A stretch of DNA of 64,000 nucleotides from Isurus oxyrinchus (Eukaryota), in NCBI GenBank assembly GCA_026770705.1, contig JANJGN010000016.1, forward strand, positions 25,234,001 through 25,298,000, read 5' to 3'. Positions 11,589-23,822 of this stretch are shown here, piece after piece. A model generated the notes under the pieces. The model was not told where the DNA came from. It saw only the letters and a list, made by a program, of their open reading frames with translations, and ran no database searches. A program made the translations under genes and the position numbers. Position 1 is the stretch's first letter. Every line of letters starts with the position of its first letter.

Positions 11589-14181
11589 AAAATTTTTGTA
11601 CAGTTTGTATTTACAAGAACATCTACCTTCATGACATTACAAATATATACACGGGCATGGAAGTATAAATTCAATCTCTCAGATGGTTTCCTGATCCGGG
11701 TGGAACACTGTAGCTCCACAACTTCCGAATCTCTTACAGAATCCACATTATATGGAACCACAGCAACATCATGTACCTCTTTAGACATAGGCAGTTCAGT
11801 GTTATCTACTCCGACAGAGACATCTGATATGTGTATCCTTGGTTGAACAATTTCAATAGGGACCACAGGCTTTACATTAGTTACAGGTGGAATATCATTT
11901 TGTTGTGGTATCTCCCTTCTTTTCAAATGATCCATGTTTTTGTGGGTGATCTGGCCCTCCATTTCTACATGGTACAACAAGGGTCTGGTCACAGAAACTA
12001 TTACACCAGGTAACCAACTCGATCAAGCACCAAAGTTTCGTACATATACTGCTTCACCTATAGTAAATTCTCGCTCATGACTATGTAAATTATCAGCCGC
12101 TCTTTGATTCCCTTGAGTTTTCTTCACCTTCCCCTCTAAGTTGGTAAGTGCAGGCTTAATCTCGTTAGAAGGTGTCGCTTCATATGGAACTCTGAGGGTG
12201 TTGAACCTGTAGCGGGTGGTTGTTCATTGTCTTTTCTGAACTTTCTTCTATTTTGTCTTCTTCTGTCTACCACAGAGTTTAGTCTCATCCTTCATTTTGA
12301 CTTTACAGTCGGCCAGGCTTCTCTCAGGCGAAATCTCAACTTAATTCCGTTCAGGGGTTGAGCTACCCAGGGCTTCATTACCCACTTGCATTTTGGACAA
12401 TTCCACGACTTTTCCTTCTAAGGCCTCTTTTGTTTCACTCAGCTGATTCTTCAGCTCTTCTGTCTCCTTCTTGTATCTGTTGGCTTCCTCCTGGAACCTT
12501 GAATATTGTTGCATCTTCTCTGCCAGCTGGTTCTTCAGTTTGTTCAGAGTGACCGTTAAATTCTTTCTGCTTCTCTTTGTAATTTTTCAGAGGTACAAAC
12601 TTTGACCTGAAGGATTCTTGTAGTTTTTGAAGATCTTTCAGTTGGTTTTCCTTTTCTTTGAAAAGCTCACTCGCTTCATCTTGAATTCTGTAATTCAGCA
12701 GAATCTCCTTGAGTCTCTTCTGCTGTTCTTCCATGCTGCTGGTTCAGTCTTCGTTTCCTCAGGTTGCTGAATGGCTACACACGCCTTTTGCATCCTGTTA
12801 AGGTCCTTTGGCTCTCCAGGCTCTTTCTGAAATACCTTGTCTTGTTCCTTTCCCAACTCAAGAACTCTTCCTGCTTCCTTTTGAAATCTCACTAGCCAAT
12901 GGATGATAATTTCCCTCAACCAATTACGACCTACAAGGCTTGGTCCTTCGCCTTCTACCACTATCATTGGGAGTTGTGCTGTTTGATGCTTATAATAAAC
13001 AGGTATAGTTGTAATACCCTTCACTTGGATAGCTTTGCCAGTACAAGTTTTCAATTTGGCTGAAGTTTGCTCCAAATTCAATTGTTGAGTACCTTCGTTT
13101 AAATATGTCTCCCACTGCAGTAGTTGAAGCACCAGTGTCCACTTCCATCATTTAAAGGTTTTCCATTTACCTGCAGAGTAACAATGATTGGTTCCGTCTT
13201 CCCTATTTTTACATTAAATAGGGAGTAAATATCAAAATTGGTGGTTTCTGGTTCTTCCACATTATGTACTTCAATTAACTTGGTTTGCTGCCTGGGAGTC
13301 TATCTCGATCTTGCTTTACAATCCTTCAGTATCTGCCCTCTTTTATGGCAAAAATACCACTCCATCTCTTTAAAACGGCAATTTTCAAGAGCATGATTGC
13401 TTCCACATCAGTAACAATTCATTTTCAAATTTGCTGCTGAGCTGTTTCCTGTATTTCATTCAAATTTTCGGGTTGCGGGGACTGTCTCCTACTTTGCGGT
13501 GGAGTACTGGCTTTTCGCATCACTTCCAGCTGCCTGTCCCTGCCCCAATTGGAAAACGGCACCATTTTGTGCACCCTGCACATCCATTGGCGCTTTTCAT
13601 CATGGACGCTATTTCCAGTGCTTTTGTTAAATTGAGGTTTACTTCAGCTAATAATCATCATTGAACAGCATCATCTTGCGCATCATGTACCAAACAATCC
13701 CTGAGCAACTTAGGGTTGCTCTGAAATTACAGTGTTCAGTCAGTTGTTTCAATTTTGCCACGTATGTAAGCAATGGTCTCCCCTGGGGCTCTAATCCTTG
13801 AATTAAACCTGAACCTCTGCATGGTGACTGATGGTCTGGGTTGAAAGTGTCCCTTAACGAGGTCTATCAATTCACCGAAGGTCTTTGAATCGGGGGCATG
13901 CGCGGCTGTTAAACTTCAGGTTAAATTATAGGTTTTACTCCCGCAAATTGCTTAGGAGAATTGCTCTCCTGTTTTCAGCTCCCATTATTTTGTCTGCCCG
14001 GAAATAGAACCTGAGACTTTCTACATATCGAGACCAATCCTCTGTGGACGGTTCGAAGGGGTCAATCCTGCCAAAATGTGGCATATCTGAGTACATCTCA
14101 GATGAGAGTACATCTTCCTTTTCTTCTGTTTAAACAAGAAACTCACAGTAGCTGGGCAAGGGGCAATCCCGGACCCGATTT

Positions 14182-14194
14182 ATCCTCTTCGCCA
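14182..14194 (-). promoter_or_regulatory. Primer-binding site, tRNA-Ser(GCT)-like
   Basis: TGGCGAAGAGGAT just inside the 5' LTR; 12/13 match to TGGCGACGAGGAT, the complement of the vertebrate tRNA-Ser(GCT) 3' end (recalled, not searched). Confidence 0.75.
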
Positions 14195-16255
14195 GTTTGT
14201 AATGGACATGATTTTCCAGACTGGTTTCTTATTAGAAACATAGAACTTTGTTTACAGGCTGAAGCAGCAGTTACATACTTCCATCAAGCTCTACAACTAG
14301 AAGGAGAACTCCCACTCTAAGGTTCCCAGCGCTTAGAGCTGATTTGTTCACACTGTCATGTGATACTATACAACACAATAAGTCTTAAAGCAACAGTCAC
14401 TACATTCCTTAAAGCTACAATTATTACAGTAAGCATATCTTTCCTTGGGTAAAGAAAGTAAAATGAACACAGTAATTCTGTAGTGGCCTCACCAAGTCCC
14501 GATAATAACTACAGTAAGACTTACTTATTCCATAAGAAAATGGGAAGAATATTTGTTCCATCATAGTTTCTCTATGACCTAGAAATGAATTTCATGGTGC
14601 TGTCTTTCATGCCCATGGGCGTCTGAAATATTTCTGACTCCAACTTCAAGTGCTCTTGTAGTTACATAGAACCAGGTGTTAGGGCACTAACATATGTAAA
14701 TCAGGGGCATAACACCTGTTTTAGGAACCCTTTCTAAAATTGCTACATGTTGGCTATCATGTACCTCTTACAAAGCCTTTATCTGTACTGCCTTTATTTG
14801 AAGTGGAATAAAGATGGATGAATGGCAGCCAAGGCTTATGAAACACATAAATCAACCAGAACAAGTGCAACAAAGCTCATGTTTCAACCACAATGATCAA
14901 ACATGCCATTGATATCTTGAAGTAGTGCTTCAATGTCTGGGCTGATCAAGGACAGTCTTACAGAACAATTTCTCACCCTAAGGATTTCCTGAATAATTGT
15001 CAATTGCTGTCTGCTCCATAAGTTTGCCCTGAAATGTAGCTCCATGATTGGCAAAATGGCAAAATTAAGAGGGTGAAAATGCCAATGAGAAATTATCAGC
15101 AATACTAGCAATGCAGCGAGAAAGACAGATGAGCTTTACTTTAACTTTAGATGCCTTCCAAATAGTGCCTCAGCTGCACCATATCTTTAAGAAGCAAATT
15201 CACATATGCTAAATAACTGTGTCCAAACCAGCTTGTCCCACACTTTCATATTTGGTTCTTCAAGTGTTCATTATCCAGTGCTGGCTTCCTGCTATAGTGC
15301 AATCAAATGACAAATAAATATGCAACACAGCACTGAAGTCAAGTGCAAGACATGTATTTTCATTATCATACCAGCGCGAGCATTGGCTGCTTGAATTGGC
15401 ACATGTTGGTGAATGTGCTTTGTTTCAGATGTGTGACACTTAACCTGCCACTCCTTCTAAATGAGTCCCTAGTGAAAGAAGTAAGTGTATTCGCTGGCTG
15501 CAGGATTTAAATGGCAGTCTGCTGGGAGTCCTCTGGCTGTGCACTGCGAGGGCCGGGGGTGTGAGTCAACCCCATCCAAGTCTGTGGTGACTGAGTGCTA
15601 TTGCCAGCTTGAGGAGTCTTTCTCCCCTACTTGATGTGCCAGTTGCTTCTTGGATGAGGGCAACAATTTTCAAAGGGGCAGTGTGTCTGCTCAGAGTCCT
15701 TAGAACTCCACAGCTGTGAAATAAGCTTCTTGTTCTGTGCAACGCCGAATTCTACAGCAGTTATGCAGATTAAAATACAGGTATTTTCTTCATGGTGCTG
15801 TTTCGGGTGCTTAATTATTTAGATTTAGTGCACAGTTGACATGGAGGATTATTTTTATTAGGGGGCATGGTGTTATAATTAAACCTTCAATCTGAAAACA
15901 GCAAAATCAACAGCTTGCATTTATATAGCTTCTTTAACATCCCAAATTGCTACTAGGAGGAAAATCAAACAAAAAATTACACAGGTCGTCCCAGATTTGC
16001 ACAAAGTGTGGTAGTAGGCGGGAAAAACAATGTTTTACCTGCCAGCTGCAATGGTGGCTTCTCACGCCGTATCATCCCAATCCCACCACATTAATTATGC
16101 ATTCCCAGGAAACACGCCACCTCAATGGTGGGCAGGTACTCATTTGCCCGCCACAACATCACCCTGCCACTTCATCACACCGGGCACCATGTTTAATGTG
16201 CAGCCGCGTACACACCTTTCAGCGCTTCCAGCCTATGACTGCTGCACGGAAGACT

Positions 16256-17886
16256 TGGCTCCAAAAGGAAAAAGACTACAGCCCCCAGGTTCAATGTCGC
16301 ATCCCCTGAGCGCCTTTTGGATGCAGTGGAGGCGCGCCATGATGTCCTCTACCCCCGCTCTGGCTGCAGGATTGGAAGCAACATCACCAATCTGGCTTGG
16401 GAGGCAATGGCAGCGGTGGTTAGGGCCAACGCCCTGCCAACGAGGACCGCCACCCAGCACCATGAGAGGATGAATGATCTCCTTCGTTCTGCCAGGGTAA
16501 GTCACTCTTCTCATCACCCTCAACTCACACACTCACAAACCCATCACACATCCACAGGGCCCTCACTCACTGCCAGTTCAAGGGACATCACCATTGACTC
16601 TCTCACACACACCTTCATTGTCCTCACTCTGTCCATGGGACCACTCATCACCTACGCATGACAGGCATACTTATCAGCTGGCCTGGCAGGCATCCTGCTT
16701 ACACTCTTTCCATTTCTATTCATGCAGGACAAGCTGGCACACAAGAGGGAGAGGTCACAGACTGGTGGAGGAATGCTTGAAATTAAGGTCCTCACTGTCT
16801 TTGAAAACAGAGCCATCCAGATGGCCGGCAAGGATCTGGACCATTCCTGTGCTGACGGTGAGATCCAGCAGTAAAACACTCATCAGACAACCATGCTGTG
16901 AGTAATGAGTCCTGTTTCACAAGCCTCTGCTATGCACTAATGATCTCTCCTTGCTTTCACAGGCACATCAGAGGAATATGAAGGCACCCTCCTTGAAGCC
17001 CCGTCACACAGCTCACCCACACCCTCCAACAGAGCAGAGGCACACATCTCGGTGGGACCTAGCTTTAGAGTAGCCTCGAGATCACAATCTGGTGAGTACA
17101 TCGCACTTTCTGATCCACACCAGGTGGAGGCAGGAACTTCCCAGGTCCCCTGCACATGGAGGACTGCTGGAGGCCAGAAATTTGCTAGGTCTGAGTCAGA
17201 CGATGAGCCTCTAGACTCAGTCATGCCTCAGTTGCTGGAGCTGCAAAGGCAAGCTCGGCAACATCAGGAAGGGATGTCCGCTGCACTTCTCAGAATGCAA
17301 GGCACGATGGACGAGTCTGTCCAGCCTTAGGCTGAGGGAAGAGCACCGGCACGTCAACATGCCAGCACACTGAGATCAACACTGGTAGGATGATGGCCAC
17401 CGGGGAGACCTTGGTCCAGGAAGTCGCTCCTGCATGGCTGCATGGGCTGGGCTCCATCGCTGATGCCATAGTTGGCCTCCAATAGTGTATACGTGAGAGG
17501 GGTGCTGGCAGCTCAATCTCACTCCAGTTTCCCTTTCTCCTCAAGGAGTCAGTCTGGGGCCCTCTGGCACCCATAGGGAGGAGGATCAGCAGGTGCACAT
17601 ACCCTGGGTCCATCAACCAGGTAACTCCGGGAGTGTCTGGCCCATCCGAATCCCCTCTTCTTGTGACCCCAGCATCTCCAGCTCCACAGGTAGAGGAGGG
17701 TGCCACTGCCACACAGCAGGACCCCGAAAGCAGGACAGAGCCCTTAGGGACTCAGCCCTCCAGAGGAAGCCTGTCAAGTTCATCACAGACAGGGCATAGC
17801 AGTCAGCAGGCTGCCTCCACCTCCGCTGTGGATGTCTGGGGAGCACCAAAATGTAGGGGCTGGTTAGGAATGTCAAGAAGATGTAG
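16256..17886 (+). pseudogene. Harbinger Myb/SANT-like DNA-binding gene (outer element), 3 exons, frameshifted
   Basis: LLDAVEARHDVLYP..AWEAMAAVV..RMNDLLRSAR|GTAAGT (exon ends 16496); exon 2 from 16728 DKLAHKRERSQTGGG; exon 3 from 16963; AATAAA at 17941. Confidence 0.8.
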
Positions 17887-19189
17887 TTGCACAGCCTGGA
17901 CACGGGCGTTAATCACTTGCACATACTGTTCACTATAATCAATAAACTCCCATGAATGTCTCCCTGCCTATGGCTCCTTGTTCTGATGAGCAGTATTATG
18001 ATCACTCAGGTGTGAAACCTTTCTGCACGAGATAAAGACTGGCGTCTCAGTCCACGGCCTCTTCCCTGTGCTCCGTGCAGCCACCGGACCAAAGTGATGG
18101 TCCAGCCTCACACTCCCTGGGAATATTACTGATACCTGCACCTCCACGGTGCTTGTCATTGCTGCCAGAATGTAGTGGGCAGGCGCCATAGAGTTCCGTC
18201 ATTCTTTCTGTGTGCTCTCAGCACCTTTAAGGTAGGATTGGCCCCCATCTCTTCAGCATCTGTGACCAGTGACACTGTGCTCCTGAAGGGATCAGGTGCT
18301 AAAGGTGGGACAAAGGATTAGATGCTTTTAAAGTTTTACAGCTGCGTTTCCATGATATGACCCTGATCACAGAGCGCAAGCGAACTGCCCTCTGACAGGA
18401 GTCAGACATTCTCAGAGGCTATGTAAAGATCTATGGGGCATCCTCACTGCATGTCAACATCATCCTCCTGCAGTGGAGTGACAATTTGGGGCTCCACTGC
18501 GTCTCGATGAAAGGAGCATTATCACAGAGATTACTCACTCTGCCATAAGCCAGACTGGAGTCAAATTTTCACAGATGTAATGTGAGGATCTATGTGGTCA
18601 CCTCGGGATCTATGTGGTCACCTCACAGCATGTCATCATCATCCTCCACAAATCTAGCAGCTATGAGGTGACCACCTGAACGCCATGCCAGTGAAGTAGA
18701 TGGCACCCTGAACCAGTAGGAAACCTGGGGGAGAATTTTCCTCATGTTGGGCGGGCAGTGCGGGAGTGGGTACAGATCAGATTGCCGCCCACGACCGGGT
18801 CCGCACTGCCATTTTATGTGGGCTGGCCAATTAAGGCCCACCCAGCGCAGTTCACGACTCCTGTGCATAGCACATCCAGCTTTTGTGGAGCAGAAGGAAA
18901 GTGAACCAAGCTGATTCCTTTAGCATACTTTGCTTTGGAATATTATTATTACATCTTTATGAAGTTTTCAGCTTTAGCTATGAAGATCACAATCAGTATA
19001 TCTTTCAGAAGTGAGGTGGAAAGGGTGCTCCAAGGAGTGGCTGAGTCCAATGGTGACCTGGCAGCCTGTTTAAATGAAGGTTTGGCAGCCTTGGAAAGGC
19101 TGCTTACAGAGGGGCAATGTGCATCATGCAAGTCCGGAGGGTAGGCCATCGGGGCAGGCCAGGCCAGAGGGTAGGGCAGTGGGGCAGTG

Positions 19190-19434
19190 TGCCCCTCATT
19201 TTTCCGACAAGCTGCCCTGCTGGAGTAGGTGGTAGCACAGCGGAAGGTCCTTCTTCCGAGGGATAGGAGGCGGAGGCCTCCCCACCTGACTAAACGTGTG
19301 TGGGAGGAGGTGGCCGCGAGTGTTAGCCCCCATGATGTGATGTGGTATACATGGCTCCAGTGCCGCAAAAGATTCAACGATCCCCTGCGCTCGGGAAGGG
19401 TGGGTACCATGTTGCCTCAAATCACTTAATGCAG

Positions 19435-19467
<33 letters not shown>

Positions 19468-21260
19468 ACCCCCAACTCCTCCCCTCCCCTCCCTCCGGCA
19501 ACTCTGAGTACAGTAACAGCAGTGAATCCCTCACAGCATGTATCCCTCGCTGGGCATACCAGCAGAGAATGCCCTTGCCCAGTTCACCCTAAGAAGGTTG
19601 AGCTAGGATAGGGTCTGCATCCGCAGCACGTCTGACACTGACACCCAGAGTATAGAATGGGGTTGAAAGTCAAGGGTCTGCACCTAGGCAGAGTGCTGGA
19701 ACTGGGAAGCATGTCAAAGTCAGGGTGCTAACATGCTGGGAGGGGAGCTTCTACCAATCCATCTGCTGGTCTTTGCGCTCCACATGCTTGTGCCTCCTTT
19801 TTTAGCAAAGTTACACCTTGTGGTGCCACATGTGAAGGAAGCAGCATTTGGGCAATGGTGGGGGGGTCAGCCCTGGTTTCTTTGTGTGAGTGTGCGGCAG
19901 CTGCATGGTGACAAGGAACTGGAGTCCTGCAATGTCCCACTCTGGCTGGGTTGGCAGGGATGCGATGGGAATTCAGGTACAGGCTGGACTAATCAATGCT
20001 CCTCTCTCCTTTTCAGGAGAAGACTGTGCACAATGCCTCTGAACGAATGCAGACTGGCGGAGGACAGGCCCAGTTGGCCATCCTAACACCTTACAAGCAA
20101 CAGACCATGGATCTGGAGAGGTGCCGTGCCCCCAGGTCCACTGGTGGTGGTAAGGCTGGGGTGCCACGGGGAGGTATGTTTGGCGAGCACTCAGGTCACC
20201 ATGTGTGTCACAGAAGCCATGGCACTGCTGAATGCTCAGTGATTGAAGTTAGCAACATGGGTTTGCCATTGATTATAGAAGGATGAACACATAATAATCT
20301 GGGGGATCGGCATGCAAGTTGACATTGTCAGCACTGTAACTAATCAAATGTCCTTTTTCTTCCTTTCAGCATCACTGGAGCAGGGCCAGGAGGAGGAGGC
20401 AGAGGGCCCACCTCTCACTCCTGAAGCCCCCAAGCAAATCCACTCACCAGCGTCACACCATCTCAGCCAGGCAGGCACCAGCGCAGATACTAGTACCTCA
20501 GTGGGAAGTAGATATTCAGCTAGTGTCCCAGGGCATGGCAGTGAGGGCACTTCACACTCGCTTGAGGTACGGGTAGAAACAGAGTGCCCAGGGCACCGCC
20601 AGTCGGAAGACTGCTGGGAAGCAGGTACATGCTCGGTTGGTGGCTGATGATGTGTCTCTGGAGTGGTCCATGAGGCAGCAAATGCTGGAATTGGATCAGG
20701 ATACGCGGAACGATCTGGCAGAGATACATGAAACTAAGCATGGCATGGTGCCAGTGCTTGAGGAGTCCACGCAGAGCATCTCCGATGCAATGAGCCTCAT
20801 GGCTGAGCGCCATGCTTCCTCCATGGAGAGAGTGGTGACTCACGTGGAGAGGTTCCTCCAGGAGAACAATCAGGGCCTCCTGGGGTTGCGCTCAGACCTG
20901 CAAGCCCTCACAGCGGCATTGACCTCAGCTGGTCAACGACCTCACGTCGGCGCAGCAGCTGCCTGTCGTCTACGCGGGCTCCTCTCAGGGTGGTCCAGAT
21001 GAGGGCAGCAGCTCCTCCGCCCCTCTGCCAGTGATTGTGGCATCCGATGAGGCTGCAGCAACTGGGGAGAAGCCAGCTGTGGAACTGGCCGCTCCCTCCC
21101 AGGCGGGGCCATCAAATACTCCGTGGGCCAGAGGACATACACCAAGGTCATCGAGGCCAACAGGACAGCACAGTGAGCAGGCTGTCTCAGATGCCAGTGC
21201 CAGCGAGGGGACAGCAACTAGACGTAGCACTCATAAGCGTAAATTTAAGGCACTTTATAG
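19190..21260 (+). pseudogene. Harbinger Myb/SANT-like gene (inner element), 3 exons, disrupted
   Basis: VWEEVAASV..TWLQCRKRFNDPLRSGR|GT (19399); exon 2 20017-20173 EKTVHNASERMQTGGG; exon 3 from 20370, with a coiled-coil region and basic RRSTHKRKFK end; start approximate. Confidence 0.85.
19435..19467. repeat. Poly-C homopolymer (~33 nt)
   Basis: Direct C run inside intron 1 of the inner Myb gene. Confidence 0.95.
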
Positions 21261-21584
21261 GCACACCACGGCTTTCTCACTGGTGCTTTTACGTTGGCCA
21301 TAGTACTTACTGGAGTACTTGGTATGATGTTCTACACTGTTTTTGTTTTGCTTTATGAAGTTACATTTGTTCACTCAATAAATTTTGACATGTTGCCATG
21401 TCTCAGGATGATTCCTTCCTTCTGCAAGTGGATGGGAACCCATGTTGTTATGAGTGAGTTGTTTGACATTGAGCTTTATTGAGAAGGGCCTTAGTTAATG
21501 TTAGTATCTAGGCTGATTTAGCACTCAGGTATCGAGTATGGAGCCTGCAGCCCTGGCATGTGTTGAAGGTCCATCCATGGTGAG

Positions 21585-22790
21585 CTAGCTGAAGGTTCTT
21601 TGGATTAAAGCCTCCCAGGTGTCCCTGCGTCCCTGGAGTATGACCGGGTCAGCGTCTACCGCCTCAGCGTTCTCCTGTGTGTGCTCATCCTCGGACTCAC
21701 TGCCGGACTCATCGTGTGCATCAGGAGCAACTGCGTCTACGTCTTCCTCATCACCCCTTTCCAGCGCCAGGTTGTGGAGAGCGCAGCATGCAACCAATAT
21801 CAGCGACATACGATCTGGGGGGTACTGGAGTGCACCCCCTGAGTGGTCCAGGCATCAGAAGCGCATCTTGAGAAAACCAACGGTTCTCTCCACGCAGCCC
21901 TTGTGGAGGCGTGGCTCCTGTTGTACCACTGCTCAGCTTCTGTTCTTGGATGATGGAGAGACATCATCAGCCACCTTCTGAGGGGATAGCCCTTGTCACC
22001 CAGCAGCCATCCACCCAGCCGGGCTGGAGCACTGAACAGTCTCAGCACCTGGGAGTGTCTGAGTATGTAAGCTCATGGGAGCTGCCTAGGTACCTTGCAC
22101 AGACTTGCAGAATCTGCATCCTGTGATCACACACTATCTGCACCTTCATGGAGTGGAAGCCCTACCTGTTGATGAAGGCACCGGGCTCATCTGCTCATAG
22201 CCACGTGTGTACAGTTTATAGCACCCTGGATGCGGGGGAAGCCAGCAATGGCTACAAAGCCTCTGGCTCGCTCTGTCTGGCTGGCATCATCCCAGAGGTA
22301 GTGGATGAAAGTCAATGCACACCTGAATACAGCGTCTGTCACCAGCTTGACACAATTGTGGACAGCTGATTGGGAGACACCTCAGAGATCATCCACTGAC
22401 CCCTGAAAAGAGCCAGAGGCATGGATGTTGAGGGCAGCTGTGACTTTCAGAGCCACTGGCATGGGGTGTCCACCCACACAATTTGCAGAGATCTCAGGGC
22501 CTGTCATCTGACAGATATAGTTGACTGTCTCTCTTGAGGGATGGAGCCTCCTTCGGCATTGGACCTCAGGCATACTGAGGTAGCTGCTTCGCCACCTGTA
22601 TACCCTGGCAGCAGGATAGTGGCATCTTCTGCAGCCCCTTCCACCTTGCACTTCCCGTTGGCCCTGTGTCCCTTGTGCCTGCGCCTCTCCTCCCACTTGG
22701 AGGCTGAATGTGGACTCATGGCCTCCTCCCCCTTCTGATCCTCTCTTCCTCCTTAGAGGAAGTGCCTCCAGTGGAGAGCATAACGCCCAT
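21585..22790 (-). pseudogene. HARBI1-type DDE transposase of the inner Harbinger, frameshifted
   Basis: HPMPVALKVTAALNIHASGSFQ, GFPRIQGAINCTHV (first Asp is Asn), [41 protein letters not shown]. Confidence 0.93.
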
Positions 22791-23288
22791 TCCCAGGCTA
22801 AGTGAAAGCTTCCTGAAAGCTGCAGGCCCCTGAAATGATCTTTATTGTAGAGTCCTGACCAAGGCTTTTACTCCTGTCCAAGCAGCTGGCATGAGTTTTG
22901 AACTATTCCTGCTCACACAGACTAGTGTAAGTAACTTTCACACTTAAATACCAGAAAGGTCACATTCGCGACCCCACTCACCCCTCTTTCCCACCCGTGG
23001 ATGAGGTTTATACAAATGTCTCCTACCCGCCTGCCCGTTGTGCCCGTGAGATGTCCTGAAGATCGCATGGGCTGTGAAAAATCGAATTCAGTTGCTGCCT
23101 CAAGGGCCTTAACTGGCCCGTTAATTGATGGCGGGCGCGCCTCCGAACTTATAGCATGCACGCGCCTTCCCAAATATCGCGATGGCACGTGGTGATGTCG
23201 GGTCGCTCACCCGATGTCACCATGCGTCATTTTACGTGTGGGCGTGCGGGGCCCGCCCCCATTCACCAATGGGAAAATTCTGCCCCTG

Positions 23289-23822
23289 AGATCTGGGAAA
23301 ATCCAGTCGTTCTTGCATCCTGGCTCTCCTGATTCAGGGCGAAATACACAAATTTGCGTGCTCTCATGAAGATGGCAGCCGTGATTTCATGGATGCATTT
23401 GTGGGCGGAGGCTTGTGATATCCCACAGAGGTCACCTTTGGAGCCCTGAAAGGAGCCACTGGTGTAAAAATTGAGCGCTGTGGTCATTTTCACAGCCACT
23501 GGCAGTGGATGCTCTCCTTGGCGCCAAATCCTGCAGTAGCTGGCAGATGTGACCAACCAGTTCTCTAGAAATACGCAGTCTTTGGTTCTCAGTCATCTGC
23601 AGGAATGAAAGGGGGTCTCTATAGAATCCAGGATCTAGCTCGGCGCTGACCAGCAATAGCTCGCTTTGGCTTTTCAGCGGCATGTGCGAGAGAGCCAGCC
23701 GCCCCTTCTTCCTGAAGATGCTGCTCCTCACTCTGCCCAGCCAGGAGCCTCAGTTGTTCTCTCCTCCATTGTCTTCGCTCTCCGTACACCACGAGGCAAA
23801 CAGCTAGTTCACCAGGGTCCAT
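23289..23822 (-). pseudogene. Outer Harbinger HARBI1-type transposase, N-terminal half (continues at 18727-~18620)
   Basis: HPLPVAVKMTTALNFYTSGSFQGSKGDLCGISQASAHKCI..GFSQISG; resumes beyond the inner element as GFLLVQGAIYFTGMAFR, then jumps to the C-terminal IAARFVEDDDDM, so the DDE core is deleted. Confidence 0.85.

Larger units (their letters stand above)
11394..14428 (-). mobile_element. Ty3/Gypsy LTR retrotransposon, internally deleted (gag-protease-[foreign coiled coil]-integrase tail)
   Basis: TG..CA LTRs at 11394-11575 and 14198-14428; perfect 5-bp TSD GTAAG; PBS and PPT present; gag MPHFGRIDPF from 14084 with zinc-knuckle remnants ~13320-13420; protease VDTGAS ~13140; integrase C-tail STRIRKPSERLNL; no RT/RNase H recognisable. 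Confidence 0.93.
11086..14530 (-). mobile_element. CR1-like 3' fragment interrupted by the LTR element (11086-11393 and 14429-14530)
   Basis: Reverse-complement CR1 3' ORF2 sequence continues on both sides of the GTAAG TSD. Confidence 0.65.
18728..23285. mobile_element. Inner full-size PIF/Harbinger transposon (4558 bp)
   Basis: TIRs GGGGAGAATTTTCC / GGAAAATTCTGCCC, perfect CTG TSD (18725-18727, 23286-23288), convergent Myb and DDE genes. Confidence 0.93.

Noticed and set aside
18585-18624. 20-bp direct repeat GGATCTATGTGGTCACCTC
   Set aside because: Only two units; a local duplication, not an array or CRISPR
19342-19611. Polyproline/polyglycine ORFs
   Set aside because: Artefact of the poly-C run
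21585-22790. Domesticated host HARBI1 gene
   Set aside because: Lies between TIRs with a TSD and has frameshifts, stops and a mutated catalytic Asp; it is a transposon relic
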